A stretch of DNA of 63,112 nucleotides, the filler included, from Chiloscyllium plagiosum (taxonomy: Eukaryota): the NCBI RefSeq assembly GCF_004010195.1. It is 5 parts of one record of this genome, joined end to end, with 100 filler letters (N's around TTAATTAATTAA, not from the genome) between each part and the next. Parts side by side here need not be neighbours in the genome. Positions count along the whole stretch, not along the records: positions 57,218 to 63,112 come from NC_057715.1; 4 more parts are not named here. The stretch is one strand, 5' to 3'. A program made the translations under genes and the position numbers. The notes beneath the pieces were generated by a model. That model saw only the letters and a list, made by a program, of their open reading frames with translations. It had not been told where the DNA came from and ran no database searches. Shown one piece after another: positions 61,487 through 63,112 of the stretch (positions within the stretch are counted from its first letter, which is position 1; each line of letters opens with the position of its first letter).

Positions 61487-62683
61487 CGAGTCATGGAGAT
61501 GTACAGCATGGAAACAGACCCTTCGGTCCAACCCGTCCATGCCGACCAGATATCCCAACCCAATCTAGTCTCACCTGCCAGCACCCGACCCATATCCCTC
61601 CAAACCCTTCCTATTCATATACCCATCCAAATGCCTCTTAAATGTTGCAACTGTACCAGCCTCCACCATTTCCTCTGGCAGCTTATTTCACGCACGTACC
61701 ATCCTCTTCGTGAAAAAGTTACCCATTAGGTCTCTTTTATATCTTTCCCGTCTCACCATAAACCTATGCCCTCTGGACTCCCCAACAACCCTTTCAAGTT
61801 TCACAACATCTTTCCGATAGGAAGGAGACCAGAATTGCATGCAATATTCCAACAGTGGCCTAACCAATGTCCTGTACAGCCACAACATGGCCTCCCAACC
61901 CCTGTACTCAATACTCTGACCATTAAAAGAAAGCATACCAAACGCCTTCTTCACTGGTCTATCTACCTGCGACTCCACTTTCAAGAAGCTATGAACCTGC
62001 ACTCCAAGGTCTCCTAGTTCAGCAACACTCCCTAGGACCTTACCATTAAGTGGATAAGTCCTGCTAAGATTTGCTTTCCCAAAATGCCGCACCTCGCATT
62101 TATCTGAATTAAACTTCATTTGCCACTTCTCAGCCCATTGGCCCATCTGGTCCAGATCATGTTGTAATCTGAAGTACATCTCTTCGCTGTCCACTACACC
62201 TCCGATTTTGGTATAATCTGCAAACTTACTAACTATACCTCTTATGCTCGCATCCAAATCATTTATGTAAATGACAAAAAGTAGAAGGCCCAGCACCGAT
62301 CCTTGTGGCACTCCACTGGTCACAGGCCTCCAGTCTGAAAAACAACCCTCCACCACCACCTCCAGATCTAAAAGTCTTCTACCTTTGAGCCAATTCTGTA
62401 TCCAAATGGCTAATTCTCCCTGTATTCCATGAGATCTAACCTTGCTAATCAATCTCCCATGGGGAACCTTGTCGAGCACCTTACTGAAGTCCATATAGAT
62501 AACATCTACTACTCTGCCCTCAAGAATCTTCTTTATTACTTCTTCAAAAAAACTCAATCAATTTTGTTAGACACGATTTCCCACACACAAAGCCATGTTG
62601 ACTATCCCGAATCAGTCTTTGCCTTTCCATATACATGTACATCCTGTCCCTCAGGATTTCCTCCAACAACTTGCCCACCACCC
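61487..62683 (-). mobile_element. CR1 LINE RT and 3' end (internal deletion near 61786)
   Basis: 289-aa ORF with DVIYMDFSKVLDKVPH, GVPQGSVLG, KFADYTK, LVRPLLEYCMQFWSP. Confidence 0.92.
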
Positions 62684-63112
62684 ACTACTATTGGGAAATA
62701 AGGCAGGACAGTGACTGAGGTGTCAGTGGGGGAGCACTTTGGGACCAGCGATCATAATTCTATTCGTTTTAAAATAGTGATGGAAAAGGATAGACCAGAT
62801 CTAAAAGTTGAAGTTCTAAATTGGAGAAAGGCCTAATTTGATGGTATTAGGCAAGAACTCTTGAAAGCTGATTGGAGGCAGATGTTCGCATGTAAAGGGA
62901 CGGCTGGAAAATGGGAAGCCTTCAGAAATGAGATAACAAGAATCCAGAGAAAGTATATTCCTGTCAGGGTGAAAGGGAAGGCTGGTAGGTATGGGGAATG
63001 CTGGATGACAAAAGAAATTGAGGGTTTGGTTCAGATAAAGAAGGAAGCATATGTTAGGTATGGACAGGATAGATCTAGTGACTCCTTAGAAGAGTATAAA
63101 GGCAGTAGGAGT
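62684..63112 (+). mobile_element. CR1 ORF2 endonuclease end and linker
   Basis: LLGNKAG...VSVGEHFGTSDHNSIRFKIVMEKD...NWRKA. Confidence 0.85.

Noticed and set aside
1..63112. CRISPR arrays or other prokaryotic systems
   Set aside because: No regularly spaced repeats or operon-like gene layout; the content is vertebrate.

Overview
Repeat-rich vertebrate genomic DNA, most likely from an elasmobranch (shark). That assignment is an inference from HE1-type V-SINEs and the CR1/Penelope repeat landscape. The only host coding sequence I can support is two GT-AG exons on the minus strand (36948-37192 and 32134-32346) encoding part of the first cupredoxin domain of a hephaestin-family multicopper ferroxidase (HEPHL1/HEPH). 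The rest appears intronic. It holds CR1 LINE fragments (one ORF1 retains its zinc-finger and SGNH-esterase motifs), tRNA-derived SINEs, two decayed Gypsy gag-pol relics, a Rex1/Babar LINE end, probable Harbinger relics, a tRNA-Ser pseudogene and many Penelope-like elements (PLEs). The most striking hidden structure is in the PLE terminal repeats. Four sequence-distinct families each carry a minimal hammerhead-ribozyme motif (CUGANGA-stem II-GAAA-palindromic tetramer-NUH), about 16 copies in all. Several insertions are fold-back palindromes with 15-16 bp target-site duplications. The PLE-hammerhead link is already known; the family-level covariation and fold-back details are what I read from this window. 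Four 100-bp gaps contain an artificial TTAATTAATTAA linker. Repeat boundaries were read by eye and are approximate unless stated.
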